A stretch of 18,563 nt of DNA from Methanothermococcus okinawensis (GTDB taxonomy: Archaea > AGJL01 > Methanococci > Methanococcales > Methanococcaceae). The notes beneath the pieces are model-generated. The model saw only the letters and a program-made list of their open reading frames with translations. It did no database searches and was not told the origin of the DNA. Position 1 is the stretch's first letter, and each line of letters begins with the position of its first letter. The stretch spans positions 1 to 18,563 of the forward strand of contig DQVU01000044.1 in the NCBI GenBank assembly GCA_015661585.1. The letters are read 5' to 3'. Shown piece after piece: positions 1 through 8,673 of this stretch. The translations under genes were made by a program, and so were the position numbers.

Positions 1-12
1 AAATAAAAAATT
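1..12 (-). terminator. oligo-T tract downstream of rps27ae (candidate archaeal terminator)
   Basis: The minus strand reads TTTTTTATTT beginning 8 nt after the rps27ae stop codon. This rests on the oligo-T heuristic only. Confidence 0.3.
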
Positions 13-18
13 TAACAT

Positions 19-201
19 TTACTTCTTCTTCTCAGGCTTTTTCCACTCTGTATATCCACACCTTCCACAGGTGTATCTATTTAAGTGCTCCGCCATAAAT
101 ACACCAGGACCACATCTTGGACATGTCTTCTTCAACCTTACTACCTTCCCATCTTCTATTTTGTAATATTTATACTTCTGGACGTTCTGATGCTTAACCA
201 T
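19..201 (-). CDS. rps27ae: 30S ribosomal protein S27ae
   Basis: The protein has a C4 zinc ribbon (CPRCG...CGRCG) and matches [44 protein letters not shown] place the start at ATG 199-201 (GGTGA 5 nt upstream) rather than the track's GTG at 216. The ATGGTTAA overlap with the rps24e stop suggests translational coupling. Confidence 0.9.
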   Translation of the reverse strand: MVKHQNVQKYKYYKIEDGKVVRLKKTCPRCGPGVFMAEHLNRYTCGRCGYTEWKKPEKKK

Positions 202-505
202 TGTTCTCACCCTCACCCTCTTTTTCTTCCTCTATCTTATTCTTCTCCAATGTGGATTTCTTCTCTATCATCTTCATAGTATTTTCATCGGAGTATATCT
301 TTACATAGCATTTGGATTCCATCTTACCGAATTCCTGATCTATCTTATCTACGATCACTAAGTTTTTATCTACGTTGTACATTGCTGCTATTTTCAACTT
401 TACATCCTTTATGGTAGGTGTTGGACCCTCGTATCTTATTAAAAACCTGATTTCCTTTCTATTCAACAGGGGGTTTTCCCTTTCAGAGAGTATCTCGATT
501 TCCAT
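194..505 (-). CDS. rps24e: 30S ribosomal protein S24e
   Basis: The 103-aa protein begins [21 protein letters not shown]... and has the acidic/lysine-rich tail typical of archaeal S24e. An AGGTGA ribosome-binding site lies upstream of the ATG at 505. Confidence 0.9.
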   Translation of the reverse strand: MEIEILSERENPLLNRKEIRFLIRYEGPTPTIKDVKLKIAAMYNVDKNLVIVDKIDQEFGKMESKCYVKIYSDENTMKMIEKKSTLEKNKIEEEKEGEGENNG

Positions 506-517
506 CTTATCACCTTC

Positions 518-994
518 TTATTTCTTTATCATTAGTGAGAATATTTTATTAACTCTCTCCTTTAAATCTTCATCTATCTTTAGCACTACTACACCCATAT
601 CAGGTTGTCCGTAGAGCACATAGGTGCCATAGGGGAAGTACTTTATAACAGGTAGTGCTAAGAGATCCTCCTCTCCATCTACCTTTAGTGCTATATTCCC
701 CTCCTCCACCTTGGAGAGACGTCTAATAATCCTCATAGCCTCGTCAGATATGCATCCTGGAGGATTTCTCACTTGGAAAACTCTACTAAATCTATGTTCT
801 ATAGAGACAGGTATATTCCTCCTAGTCTTCAAGTCAAAAATGGATAGATGGGGTATGACATTCTTAGATAAGAGGTTCTTGGTAGTGATATCTCCAATGG
901 AAATAACCTTTCCATTTATATAAGGTAATTCTTTATATACTTTTCCAAAGGGTTTTTTGAGTATCTCCCTCAACTCTTGGGTAATTACATACAT
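518..994 (-). CDS. DUF359/COG1909 protein, archaeal GTP-dependent dephospho-CoA kinase family
   Basis: The 158-aa ORF keeps the conserved position between spt4 and rps24e seen in Methanococcales. The family assignment is from sequence recognition and was not searched. Confidence 0.7.
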   Translation of the reverse strand: MYVITQELREILKKPFGKVYKELPYINGKVISIGDITTKNLLSKNVIPHLSIFDLKTRRNIPVSIEHRFSRVFQVRNPPGCISDEAMRIIRRLSKVEEGNIALKVDGEEDLLALPVIKYFPYGTYVLYGQPDMGVVVLKIDEDLKERVNKIFSLMIKK

Positions 995-1007
995 GAGTTT
1001 CCCTGCC

Positions 1008-1184
1008 CTATTTCACACTCAATGCATACTTTCCCTTAATATCTATTTTAACCTTCTTCGCTATTTCAGATTTAAGGGGATCTAGTACTATCAACAAACC
1101 CCTCCAGTTCTCAGAGACCTCTGAGTTACATATGGGACATCTATCTTTATCTGTTAAGTACTTGCACTTTAAACAGGCTTTCAT
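1008..1184 (-). CDS. spt4: transcription elongation factor Spt4 (RpoE'')
   Basis: This ORF is absent from the ORF track. My translation is MKACLKCKYLTDKDRCPICNSEVSENWRGLLIVLDPLKSEIAKKVKIDIKGKYALSVK, 58 aa with a CxxC...CxxC zinc ribbon. The start lies 4 nt after the rpoE' stop and is preceded by a GGTGA ribosome-binding site. Confidence 0.88.
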   Translation of the reverse strand: MKACLKCKYLTDKDRCPICNSEVSENWRGLLIVLDPLKSEIAKKVKIDIKGKYALSVK

Positions 1185-1188
1185 TGGA

Positions 1189-1761
1189 TCACCTACTTAC
1201 AACTTGCACTTTTTTCTTTTTCTTCTCCTCCTCTATCCACTCTATCTTCCCTAGTCCTGGCTGTCTCATCGTTAAGGCTATCTTACTACCCCTCTTTTTA
1301 GTTTCCCTCAAACTCACCGCTATAATTCTTGCCCTCACTATATCCCCTTTCTTTATAACCTTTCCAGTATCCCTTCCCACCATCCTCTCATTTTTTGGAT
1401 CGTAAGAGACGTAGTCATCCATAATCTGGGATATATGGACTAGGCCATCTAAGGGGCCTAATCTTACAAATATACCAAACTCTACAACATCTACAACCTC
1501 TCCCTCCACAACCTCGTAGAGTTCAGGTATGTAGCATAAGGCATCAAAAACTACAGGATGATAGGCTGCACCATCCCCGTATATTACTTTGCCCTCACCT
1601 ATCTCCTTTATATCCCCAATGGAAAGGATGAGACCTACATCTTTATCTAAGATTCCCTCGTATTTTTCTACCAGTATATTGTGTATACTCTCTTTAAGGG
1701 AGTTTCCAAACATACTTGGGGGTACTCTAACAGTATCAGAGATAGTTACCACTTTATACAA
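1189..1761 (-). CDS. rpoE: DNA-directed RNA polymerase subunit E' (Rpo7), S1 domain
   Basis: The 190-aa protein shows strong recognisable similarity to Methanocaldococcus RpoE' (…[11 protein letters not shown]…[30 protein letters not shown]…). The start codon is TTG (caa at 1759-1761 on the + strand), with AGGTGA 5 nt upstream. Confidence 0.92.
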   Translation of the reverse strand: MYKVVTISDTVRVPPSMFGNSLKESIHNILVEKYEGILDKDVGLILSIGDIKEIGEGKVIYGDGAAYHPVVFDALCYIPELYEVVEGEVVDVVEFGIFVRLGPLDGLVHISQIMDDYVSYDPKNERMVGRDTGKVIKKGDIVRARIIAVSLRETKKRGSKIALTMRQPGLGKIEWIEEEKKKKKVQVVSR

Positions 1762-1938
1762 CTTATCACCTTAAAAAATTATAGAGAAAATAGAGAGGTT
1801 AGGATTAAAAATAAAATTAAAAGAGTAATTATAACAATGTTAATTTATTTACAATTGGAATATATATAGTTTTTTATGTTAATTATTTTTGAAGTTATTG
1901 TAAAACAAAATCCAACTGTAGAAATATAGCAATGTCTT

Positions 1939-2256
1939 AATTTCCATCAACCTAAATATAACTTATTATAAGTACTTGAGGAAAGGATTATATCTCTTGT
2001 TGGCAGGACTCTATCTATGATTGTAGCAAGTCAAATACCTTTAAGGAGAGAGGGCTAACAGGATTTCATTCTATTATTCCCCTCAGTGTTCAGATATCTA
2101 AAGGATAAACGGTGGGGTTAATCTTTTTTGTTCATTTTAAGTATCTAACAATTCGGATTAACAGACTAACACCTTCTTAGACGCTCCTATATAGTGGAGG
2201 AGTATGACAAATCTTCCTTCCCAGGAGTTGTTATCATAAACCTTATTAATGGTGTG
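1939..2256. repeat. foldback repeat, double-core composite (copies A1 forward 1971-2123, A2 reverse about 2153-2240)
   Basis: The left terminus is AATTTCCATCAA (1939-1950) and the right terminus is CTTATTAATGGTGTG (2242-2256). The A1 3' part, CAGTGTTCAGATATCTAAAGG...TTTTGTTCATTTT, matches copy B1 (GGTGTTCAGAAAGATCTGAGATATAGGTTGTTTCATTTTT). The reverse complement of A2, ACTCCTGGGAAGGAAG...AAGGTGTTAGTCTG, matches the half-core. Confidence 0.6.
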
Positions 2257-2289
2257 TATGTTAATCAAGAATAGGTTTCTCATTTTTTC

Positions 2290-2487
2290 AGTTTAGCCAT
2301 TAAAACAATAATTAAAAGTTTCTAAGTTGTTGAATCTATTAAAAAGTAGAATGAAAACTTCCTGTCTATTTAACAAAAATAATATAGGGATAGAAAATCC
2401 TACCAATGTTGGAATTTTCTCCTTTTTAAGTGCTTAGGAGTCTCCCAAAGATAAAACAAATTTCTCTTTTTAATCTTATTGTATCGA
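2290..2487. repeat. foldback repeat, short copy A3
   Basis: The left terminus is AGTTTAGCCATTAAAAC (2290-2306) and the right terminus is CTTTTTAATCTTATTGTATCGA (2466-2487). The internal reverse half-core is ATCCTACCAATGTT (2397-2410) and CTTAGGAGT (2433-2441), split by a 22-nt insertion. Confidence 0.5.
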
Positions 2488-2620
2488 TTTTTAATTTAGT
2501 TTATTATTTATCATTATTATTTTTTAGTATTTTTCTAATAGATATAATTATTAATATAAATTCCATTTCTATAGATCTTTAATAAATAGTTATTCAAATT
2601 TACACCATAATGGTGATTCC

Positions 2621-3874
2621 ATGGAGTTAACTGTTAGCATCGGGTATCTTGCCCTACTCTTAATTTCAGGTACATTTATTGCAAAAGTAGGGGAGAAATT
2701 AGGAATACCTGATATACCTTTATTTTTAATATTTGGACTGATAGTAGGGCCACTCTTAAATATTGTACCTCCAAGTTATGCCCAGAATATCTTCGAATAC
2801 GTTGCCAACTTAGGTTTAATAGTGATCCTTCTAGTAGGAGCATTTGAGATGAGATGGATAGTGTTAAAGAGAGTTCTAAAAACAGTCTTAAAATTAGATA
2901 CCGTCACCCTCGTTGTTACAATGTTAGTCTCTGGTATTATTTACAACGTCATCTTGAGGATACCCTTTTTCAGTCCAGTGGGATACCTCTATGGGGCTAT
3001 AACTTGCGCCACAGATCCTGCTACCCTTATGCCTGTATTCTCCAAGTCAGATATAGATCCAAAACTGGCTATAACCTTAGAGGCAGAGAGTGTATTCAAC
3101 GATCCTCTAGGTATAGTGATTACAACTATAATCCTTACTACTATGGGATTAGCCACGTCCTTGAATCCTGTGATCAGTTTCCTATCCCTTGCCCTCGGAG
3201 GTATAATCTTAGGGATCTTAGGAGGAAAGATCTTCGAGATGTTGTTTTTAAAGTGTGATTTTAAAGAGTATATAATTCCTCTGTTCATTGGATTGGCCTT
3301 TTTCCTGTGGTACTTTGGAGATAGGATATTCCCAACTCTCACAGGATATCAGATAAGTGGTTTTATGGCTGTGGCTATTATGGGACTTTACTTGGGAAAC
3401 ACCCTTACTAAATATCACCATAAAACTAGGTGTATAGAAAGTATGGTGAGATTTTGTGAGGAGTTGTCCACAATATTCAGAATACTGATCTTCATATTCT
3501 TAGGGGCAAGTATCAGTTTAGTTATACTTGAAAAGTACTGGATATTTGGATTACTTTGTGCATTGGGATCTATATTCATAGCTAGACCCTTAGGTGTATT
3601 TCTTGCAACCTCCATTCCTCCTGCAAATTCCCTTAAGGAAAAGATATACTTTGCCTTGGAGGGTCCAAGAGGTGTAGTACCTGCGGCGTTATCTGCTACA
3701 GTGTATAGTATAATAGAGACTCACTCCTCCTCCATACCTGCAACTATTGTTAAATACCTCCCACCTCAGGAGATTGCAGGATCTATACTTGTGGCAACAT
3801 TTATAACAATACTCCTAAGTGTGATCCTCGAGGCCTCCTGGGCAGAACCTCTATATAAGAAACTTTTTAAATAG
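2621..3874 (+). CDS. nhaP: Na+/H+ antiporter, CPA1/NhaP type
   Basis: The 417-aa protein is polytopic and membrane-embedded. It carries the ATDPAT motif (CATDPATL) and the ND motif (SVFNDPLG) characteristic of NhaP-type exchangers. A GGTGAT ribosome-binding site lies upstream. Confidence 0.85.
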   Translation: MELTVSIGYLALLLISGTFIAKVGEKLGIPDIPLFLIFGLIVGPLLNIVPPSYAQNIFEYVANLGLIVILLVGAFEMRWIVLKRVLKTVLKLDTVTLVVTMLVSGIIYNVILRIPFFSPVGYLYGAITCATDPATLMPVFSKSDIDPKLAITLEAESVFNDPLGIVITTIILTTMGLATSLNPVISFLSLALGGIILGILGGKIFEMLFLKCDFKEYIIPLFIGLAFFLWYFGDRIFPTLTGYQISGFMAVAIMGLYLGNTLTKYHHKTRCIESMVRFCEELSTIFRILIFIFLGASISLVILEKYWIFGLLCALGSIFIARPLGVFLATSIPPANSLKEKIYFALEGPRGVVPAALSATVYSIIETHSSSIPATIVKYLPPQEIAGSILVATFITILLSVILEASWAEPLYKKLFK

Positions 3875-3939
3875 TAGGTGATATTGTGATTAAATATTTA
3901 CATTATGAAAGCAAGGATCCTCTAAACTTTGGTGGTTAA

Positions 3940-5223
3940 ATGAAGAATAAAGACGACAGAAGAATAAAAAAAATATGTGTAATTGGATTAGGATATATTG
4001 GGCTACCAACTGCCTCTATGCTTGCAAACCATGGATACAAGGTAGTAGGTGTAGATATCGACAGGGAGAGAGTAAGGAGTATAGAGAATGGAAATTTAAA
4101 TATAAAGGAACCTGGGTTGAAAACCCTCGTAAGTGGTGCTATAAACTCTGGAAATCTAAGGGTGAAAACTACACCTGAGGACGCCGATGCATATATAGTA
4201 TGTGTCCCTACACCTGTAAAGTGGGAAAATAGCACCCCAAGGTGTGATCTCTCTTATGTCTATAGTGCCATAGAGAGTATAAAACCATATCTACGTGATG
4301 GTAACTTAATAATTATAGAGAGTACAGTGCCTCCAAAAACTACGGAGAGGATATACAGGTATCTCAACAATGGTAGAAGAATATACATGGCCTACTGTCC
4401 TGAGAGGGTGCTGCCTGGTAAAATATTGAAGGAACTTGTAGAGAATGACAGGATTATTGGAGGAGTAAATAGGGAATCTGCAGAGTTGGCCAAGGAGATA
4501 TACTCATCCTTCGTAGATGGAAATATATATTTAACTGACTCCACCACTGCAGAGATGGTAAAACTTATGGAGAATACCTACAGAGATGTAAATATAGCCT
4601 TGGCAAATGAATTCGCGAAAATATGTGAGGAGATAAATGTAAATGTATGGGAGGCCATAGATCTCGCCAATAAACATCCAAGGGTGAATATACTGAATCC
4701 CGGGCCTGGCGTAGGCGGACACTGTATAAGTGTAGATCCCTGGTTCATAGTGGAGATATCTAAGAATGCAAAACTTATAAGGAGTGCGAGGGAGTTAAAT
4801 AACAGTATGCCTTACTACGTCTGTGATCTTGTATGTAAGGAACTTAAGAGGAGAGAGATAGAGAATCCAAAGGTTGCTATATTCGGAGTTGCCTACAAGG
4901 GAAATGTGGAGGATACAAGAGAGAGTCCTGGAAAGAATGTAATAGAGTGTCTCATCTCTAAGGGTATCTCTGTTTCCATATACGATCCCTATGTAAAAAC
5001 CTTTGAGTATCCACTGGAGAGTTTAAAGGAGTGTGTCACCAAGGGGGATATTATCTTGGTGATAACAGATCATGATGATTTTAAAAATTTCAAAGAGGAG
5101 GAGATCAGAGAGATATACGATCTGATGAGAAATAAGATAGTAATAGATACGAGGAATATACTTAAACATGATCTCTGGAGGAAGGCTGGTTTCTATGTTA
5201 AGTTGTTGGGAGATGGAAGATAA
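3940..5223 (+). CDS. wecC: UDP-N-acetyl-D-mannosamine (nucleotide-sugar) dehydrogenase
   Basis: The 427-aa protein has an N-terminal Rossmann motif ([10 protein letters not shown]) and the catalytic GGHCI motif of the UDP-glucose/GDP-mannose dehydrogenase family. The WecC subfamily call is from overall resemblance. Confidence 0.8.
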   Translation: MKNKDDRRIKKICVIGLGYIGLPTASMLANHGYKVVGVDIDRERVRSIENGNLNIKEPGLKTLVSGAINSGNLRVKTTPEDADAYIVCVPTPVKWENSTPRCDLSYVYSAIESIKPYLRDGNLIIIESTVPPKTTERIYRYLNNGRRIYMAYCPERVLPGKILKELVENDRIIGGVNRESAELAKEIYSSFVDGNIYLTDSTTAEMVKLMENTYRDVNIALANEFAKICEEINVNVWEAIDLANKHPRVNILNPGPGVGGHCISVDPWFIVEISKNAKLIRSARELNNSMPYYVCDLVCKELKRREIENPKVAIFGVAYKGNVEDTRESPGKNVIECLISKGISVSIYDPYVKTFEYPLESLKECVTKGDIILVITDHDDFKNFKEEEIREIYDLMRNKIVIDTRNILKHDLWRKAGFYVKLLGDGR

Positions 5224-5230
5224 GCCATAA

Positions 5231-5237
5231 TTTTTTT
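5231..5237 (+). terminator. T7 tract 8 nt after the wecC stop (candidate terminator)
   Basis: The call rests only on the TTTTTTT run. Confidence 0.35.
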
Positions 5238-5247
5238 ATCCTAACCC

Positions 5248-5490
5248 AGTCCCATCAAAGTGATAGTTATAAAAATTATTTAAAAATAATAAGGTAAAAA
5301 TAATGAGAAGTTGTTAAAAAAAGAAAGTATAAAGAATACCTACTCCTGAACATTGGAAATAGGACAATTCTCTGTAATATCTTCTGATACTACTCATCTT
5401 TATCTTGGTGTTCAGAAAGATCTGAGATATAGGTTGTTTCATTTTTATTTTTATTATAGTAACAAACAAAACTTTTTAAATTAACAACAC
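5248..5490 (+). repeat. foldback repeat, copy B1
   Basis: The left terminus is AGTCCCATCAAAG (5248-5260), followed by an AT-rich arm. The forward half-core is at 5341-5372 and the reverse half-core at 5396-5419. The right arm is degenerate and AT-rich. Confidence 0.7.
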
Positions 5491-5497
5491 CCTCGAG

Positions 5498-5757
5498 GAT
5501 CTCCAATAAAATAATTAAGAATAATTAAAATAAAAAAAATTCTTAAAACACCTAAATAAAGAGTAAATACAGGTAAAAAGCAAAAATATAGCCTTTATAT
5601 CAGAGTACTGGAGAAGTAGAGTAAGATTTCTTTTTATTATACTTCTGAACATTAGAGGAAGGGAATTCTCCCCTAACTGGATTGACATTATTATCTTCCA
5701 ACTATAACTGTTGGATATCTCTTATATTATAACCGACTGAGAATTATATTTCCATTT
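5498..5757 (+). repeat. foldback repeat, copy B2 (3' half degenerate)
   Basis: The left terminus is GATCTCCAATAAAAT (5498-5512), followed by an AT arm. The forward half-core TACTTCTGAACATTAGAGGAAGGGAATTCTC is at 5640-5670. The central segment TATCTTCCAACTATAACTGTTGGA matches copy E (TATCTTCTAACTACAACTATGGGA). Confidence 0.6.
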
Positions 5758-5878
5758 TTTTTAAATAGGTGAAGGTTTCTTATAATTTTTATATAAGATG
5801 TTTTAATTATTACTTGATGGAAGTAAGATATCTATAAAAAATATAATCCAGAATATTTTACTACAAAAAACGAGGGAT

Positions 5879-6805
5879 ATGATGCTATACGTGGTAGGAC
5901 ATAAGAACCCAGACACTGACAGTATATGCTCCTCCATAGTTTTGGCATACTTCTTAGATGGAGTTCCTGCAAGGTTAGGAGATATAAATCCAGAGACTCA
6001 GTTGGTATTGAAGAGATTTGGAGTTATGGAACCTGAATTAATAAGATCTGCAGAGGGTAAAGAGATATTCTTAGTGGATCACAGTGAGAGATCTCAAACT
6101 TTAGAAGACTTAGAGAAGGGGAAACTTGTAGGTATTCTGGATCATCACAAAATAGGTATTACTACATCAGAACCTATAATATATCTTGCAAAACCTGTAG
6201 GATCTACCGCCACATTAATAGGAGAACTCTACTTTAAAAATACGTTGGACATTATAGGGGGAAAGAATAAGGAGTTGAAACCTGACTTGGCAGGGCTACT
6301 ACTCTCTGCAATACTCTCAGATACAGTTCTCTTTAAATCTCCAACTACCACAGATATAGATAGGAAGATAGGGGAAAAACTTGCAGAGATTGCAGGTATA
6401 GAGGACATACAAACCTACGGTATGGAGTTACTGAGGGCAAAATCTACAGTGGGTAAGATGACTCCCGAGGAGATCGTTAAATTGGACTACAAGGAGTTCA
6501 ACTTCAACGGTAGGAAGGTGGGTATTGGACAGGTTGAGGTGATAGATATTGGGGAGATTCAGGAGAAGAAGGAGGAGATATACAGGATCCTAGAGGAGAA
6601 ACTTAAAGAGGGTTACGATCTAATACTGTTCCTTATAACTGATATAATGAGAGAGGGTAGTGAAGTGTTGGTTGTAGGTAATAAGGAAGCATTTGAGGGA
6701 GCCTTCAATGTAAATTTGGAAGGGAGGAGTATATACTTAGAGGGTGTTATGTCCAGGAAGAAACAGGTAGTTCCCCCCTTGGAGAGGTACTATAAAAGTT
6801 TGTAA
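5879..6805 (+). CDS. ppaC: manganese-dependent inorganic pyrophosphatase (family II, DHH/DHHA2)
   Basis: The 308-aa protein has the N-terminal GHKNPDTDSICS motif, the DHH motif (LDHHK) and a DHHA2 C-terminal domain. Confidence 0.9.
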   Translation: MMLYVVGHKNPDTDSICSSIVLAYFLDGVPARLGDINPETQLVLKRFGVMEPELIRSAEGKEIFLVDHSERSQTLEDLEKGKLVGILDHHKIGITTSEPIIYLAKPVGSTATLIGELYFKNTLDIIGGKNKELKPDLAGLLLSAILSDTVLFKSPTTTDIDRKIGEKLAEIAGIEDIQTYGMELLRAKSTVGKMTPEEIVKLDYKEFNFNGRKVGIGQVEVIDIGEIQEKKEEIYRILEEKLKEGYDLILFLITDIMREGSEVLVVGNKEAFEGAFNVNLEGRSIYLEGVMSRKKQVVPPLERYYKSL

Positions 6806-6837
6806 TATTAACTTTTCTGTTATTTCTTATATTTTAT

Positions 6838-7030
6838 TAGGGGAAAATGATTCCTGAATATTTTTTATACAACTGTTGATATTACAATAGATTCCTAATC
6901 TTTATCTCGGTGTTCAGAAAATATTTTGAGGTATTTAATGATTTTATTCATTTTTTATAGATTTTTATTGTTGTTTTATTATTATAACAATTATTATTTT
7001 ATCTTTTAATCACTACTTTTAATGGGAACT
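6838..7030 (+). repeat. foldback repeat, copy C (5'-truncated)
   Basis: ATCTTTATCTCGGTGTTCAGAAA (6898-6920) matches B1 5396-5418 with one mismatch. CTTTTAATCACTACTTT (7003-7019) is identical to 13498-13514. The right terminus is CTTTTAATGGGAACT (7016-7030). Confidence 0.7.
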
Positions 7031-7134
7031 AAGTTTTTTAATTATTTTTGTTATAGTTTAAAATGTTATCTCCATGACCTATGAGTAAATTTCAATTGTG
7101 GCAGAATTCTATCCACAAAATTATAGTGGGGTTA

Positions 7135-8250
7135 TTAGTTTTGTCCAAAGTTATCTAAGAGATTACATAACCTTTCAAAATCCTCCTCCCTATGTTTCAC
7201 ATTTATACTTACTCTTATCCTCTCAAGCCCTTTAGGTACAGAGGGGTATCTGATTCCTGGGGCAAATATTCCATTTTTAATTAGATACTCTGAAATTTCC
7301 ATAGTCCTCTCCCCCAGTATTATGGGATATATAGGCGTTAAATTATCCTCCCCAATAAGGTTGTACCTCTTAAATATCCTATTTGCACTCCTTATGTTCT
7401 CCTGTAACTTCTTAGTTAAATATCCTTCCTCTATCAACTCTAAACTCCTAAGGACTCCAGAGACTACTGGGGGAGGCAATGCAGTTGAGTAGATGAAACT
7501 CCTAGAGGTGTTTATTAGATACTCCACCACCTCCTCTATTCCACATACAAAGCCCCCCAACCCTCCAAAGGCCTTGGAGAGAGTACCTATCTGGATGATG
7601 TTATCTGAGGGTTTTATGTTGAAGTGTTTCAAGGTGCCTTTACCTTCACCTAATACCCCCGTACCATGGGCGTCATCTACTATCACTACACCGTTGTACT
7701 CATCTGCAACCTTCTTTATATCCTTCAGTGGTGCAATATCTCCATCCATGGAGAACACTCCATCAGTAACAATAAATATATTGTTGTATCTTCTCCCCTT
7801 ATTCTCCAATATATTTACTAAACTCTCTATATTACAGTGTTCGTATATCTCCACATCTGCCCTACTTAACCTACATCCATCTATTATAGAGGCATGGTTT
7901 AACCTATCACTTAGAATCAGATCTCCCTTTTTACAGAGGGAACTTATAACTCCAACGTTTGTAGAGTATCCAGTAGGATATACTAAGGCTCTTTCTGTCT
8001 CCTTGAATTCTGCCAACCTCTCCTCTAAGATCTCGTGGTTTATATTTCCAGAGGTTAATCTGGATCCTGTGGAACCTAAACCGTATTTTAATCCCTCCTT
8101 TACGGCCTCTATTACCTCAGGATGTTTTGAGAGACAGAGGTAGTCATTTGAGGAGAAGTCTAAGACATCTCCACCTTTTTTTCTTAGAAATCTGTATAAG
8201 TTGTTTCTCTTAATAATCTCCAATTCTTTCCTTAGTTTTAATCTAAACAT
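7135..8250 (-). CDS. bioF: 8-amino-7-oxononanoate synthase (class II aminotransferase)
   Basis: The 371-aa protein has the PLP-lysine context GTLSKAFGGLGG and the DDAHG motif. Overall it resembles the BioF/Kbl family. No other bio genes are in the window. Confidence 0.8.
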   Translation of the reverse strand: MFRLKLRKELEIIKRNNLYRFLRKKGGDVLDFSSNDYLCLSKHPEVIEAVKEGLKYGLGSTGSRLTSGNINHEILEERLAEFKETERALVYPTGYSTNVGVISSLCKKGDLILSDRLNHASIIDGCRLSRADVEIYEHCNIESLVNILENKGRRYNNIFIVTDGVFSMDGDIAPLKDIKKVADEYNGVVIVDDAHGTGVLGEGKGTLKHFNIKPSDNIIQIGTLSKAFGGLGGFVCGIEEVVEYLINTSRSFIYSTALPPPVVSGVLRSLELIEEGYLTKKLQENIRSANRIFKRYNLIGEDNLTPIYPIILGERTMEISEYLIKNGIFAPGIRYPSVPKGLERIRVSINVKHREEDFERLCNLLDNFGQN

Positions 8251-8260
8251 ACTTTCACAC

Positions 8261-8558
8261 GTTAAAATTAAAGGATATTATTAGTCGATAAAAAATAAAA
8301 AGATAATAAAAAAACCCTGTATTACCTTTCTCCGGAGTGTCTTTGAGATCTACTGTTTAAATCCACCTCACCACCCATATATGGTAGTAGAACCAACACA
8401 CTTTTAAAAAGAAGAGGTGGCAGGAATTCTACCTTCTTTCCCAATTCTCAGAAGTGTCCGAGAAGAATAATGTTTTTTATGTGTTAATATCTTTAAGTGT
8501 TTAACAATTTTAGAGTTTATACCATATTTTTTATTATATTCTTTTAAATTCTTTAAAT
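8261..8558 (-). repeat. foldback repeat, copy D (core inverted relative to B1/E)
   Basis: The half-core lies on the minus strand (GAATTCTACCTTCTTTCCCAATTCTCAGAAGTG, 8424-8456). TCTCCGGAGTGTCTTTGAGATCTACTG (8334-8355 region) is homologous to the reverse complement of E 13403-13432. AT-rich arms lie at 8261-8325 and 8527-8558. The termini are weak. Confidence 0.55.
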
Positions 8559-8673
8559 ATTTTTAAGATTTAAAATGTTAAAAACCCCTATTTAGACATT
8601 TGAAAATATCAATTTATTATATCATCATAGGTAAAATCAAAATTATCTAATCTTTGTACGGAGAGGTGATACC

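Noticed and set aside
1681-1869. 62-aa ORF running from inside rpoE' (antisense) into the upstream spacer
   Set aside because: It lies antisense to the rpoE' 5' end and then crosses AT-rich promoter DNA. It shows no ribosome-binding site and no recognisable fold.
7016-7030. Terminus motif GTTCCCATTAAAAG/CTTTTAATGGGAAC considered as an origin recognition box (ORB) of a replication origin
   Set aside because: It shares only a loose TTCC resemblance to ORB or mini-ORB sequences. No cdc6/orc1 gene is nearby. The motifs are dispersed over 15 kb rather than clustered around an AT-rich unwinding element.
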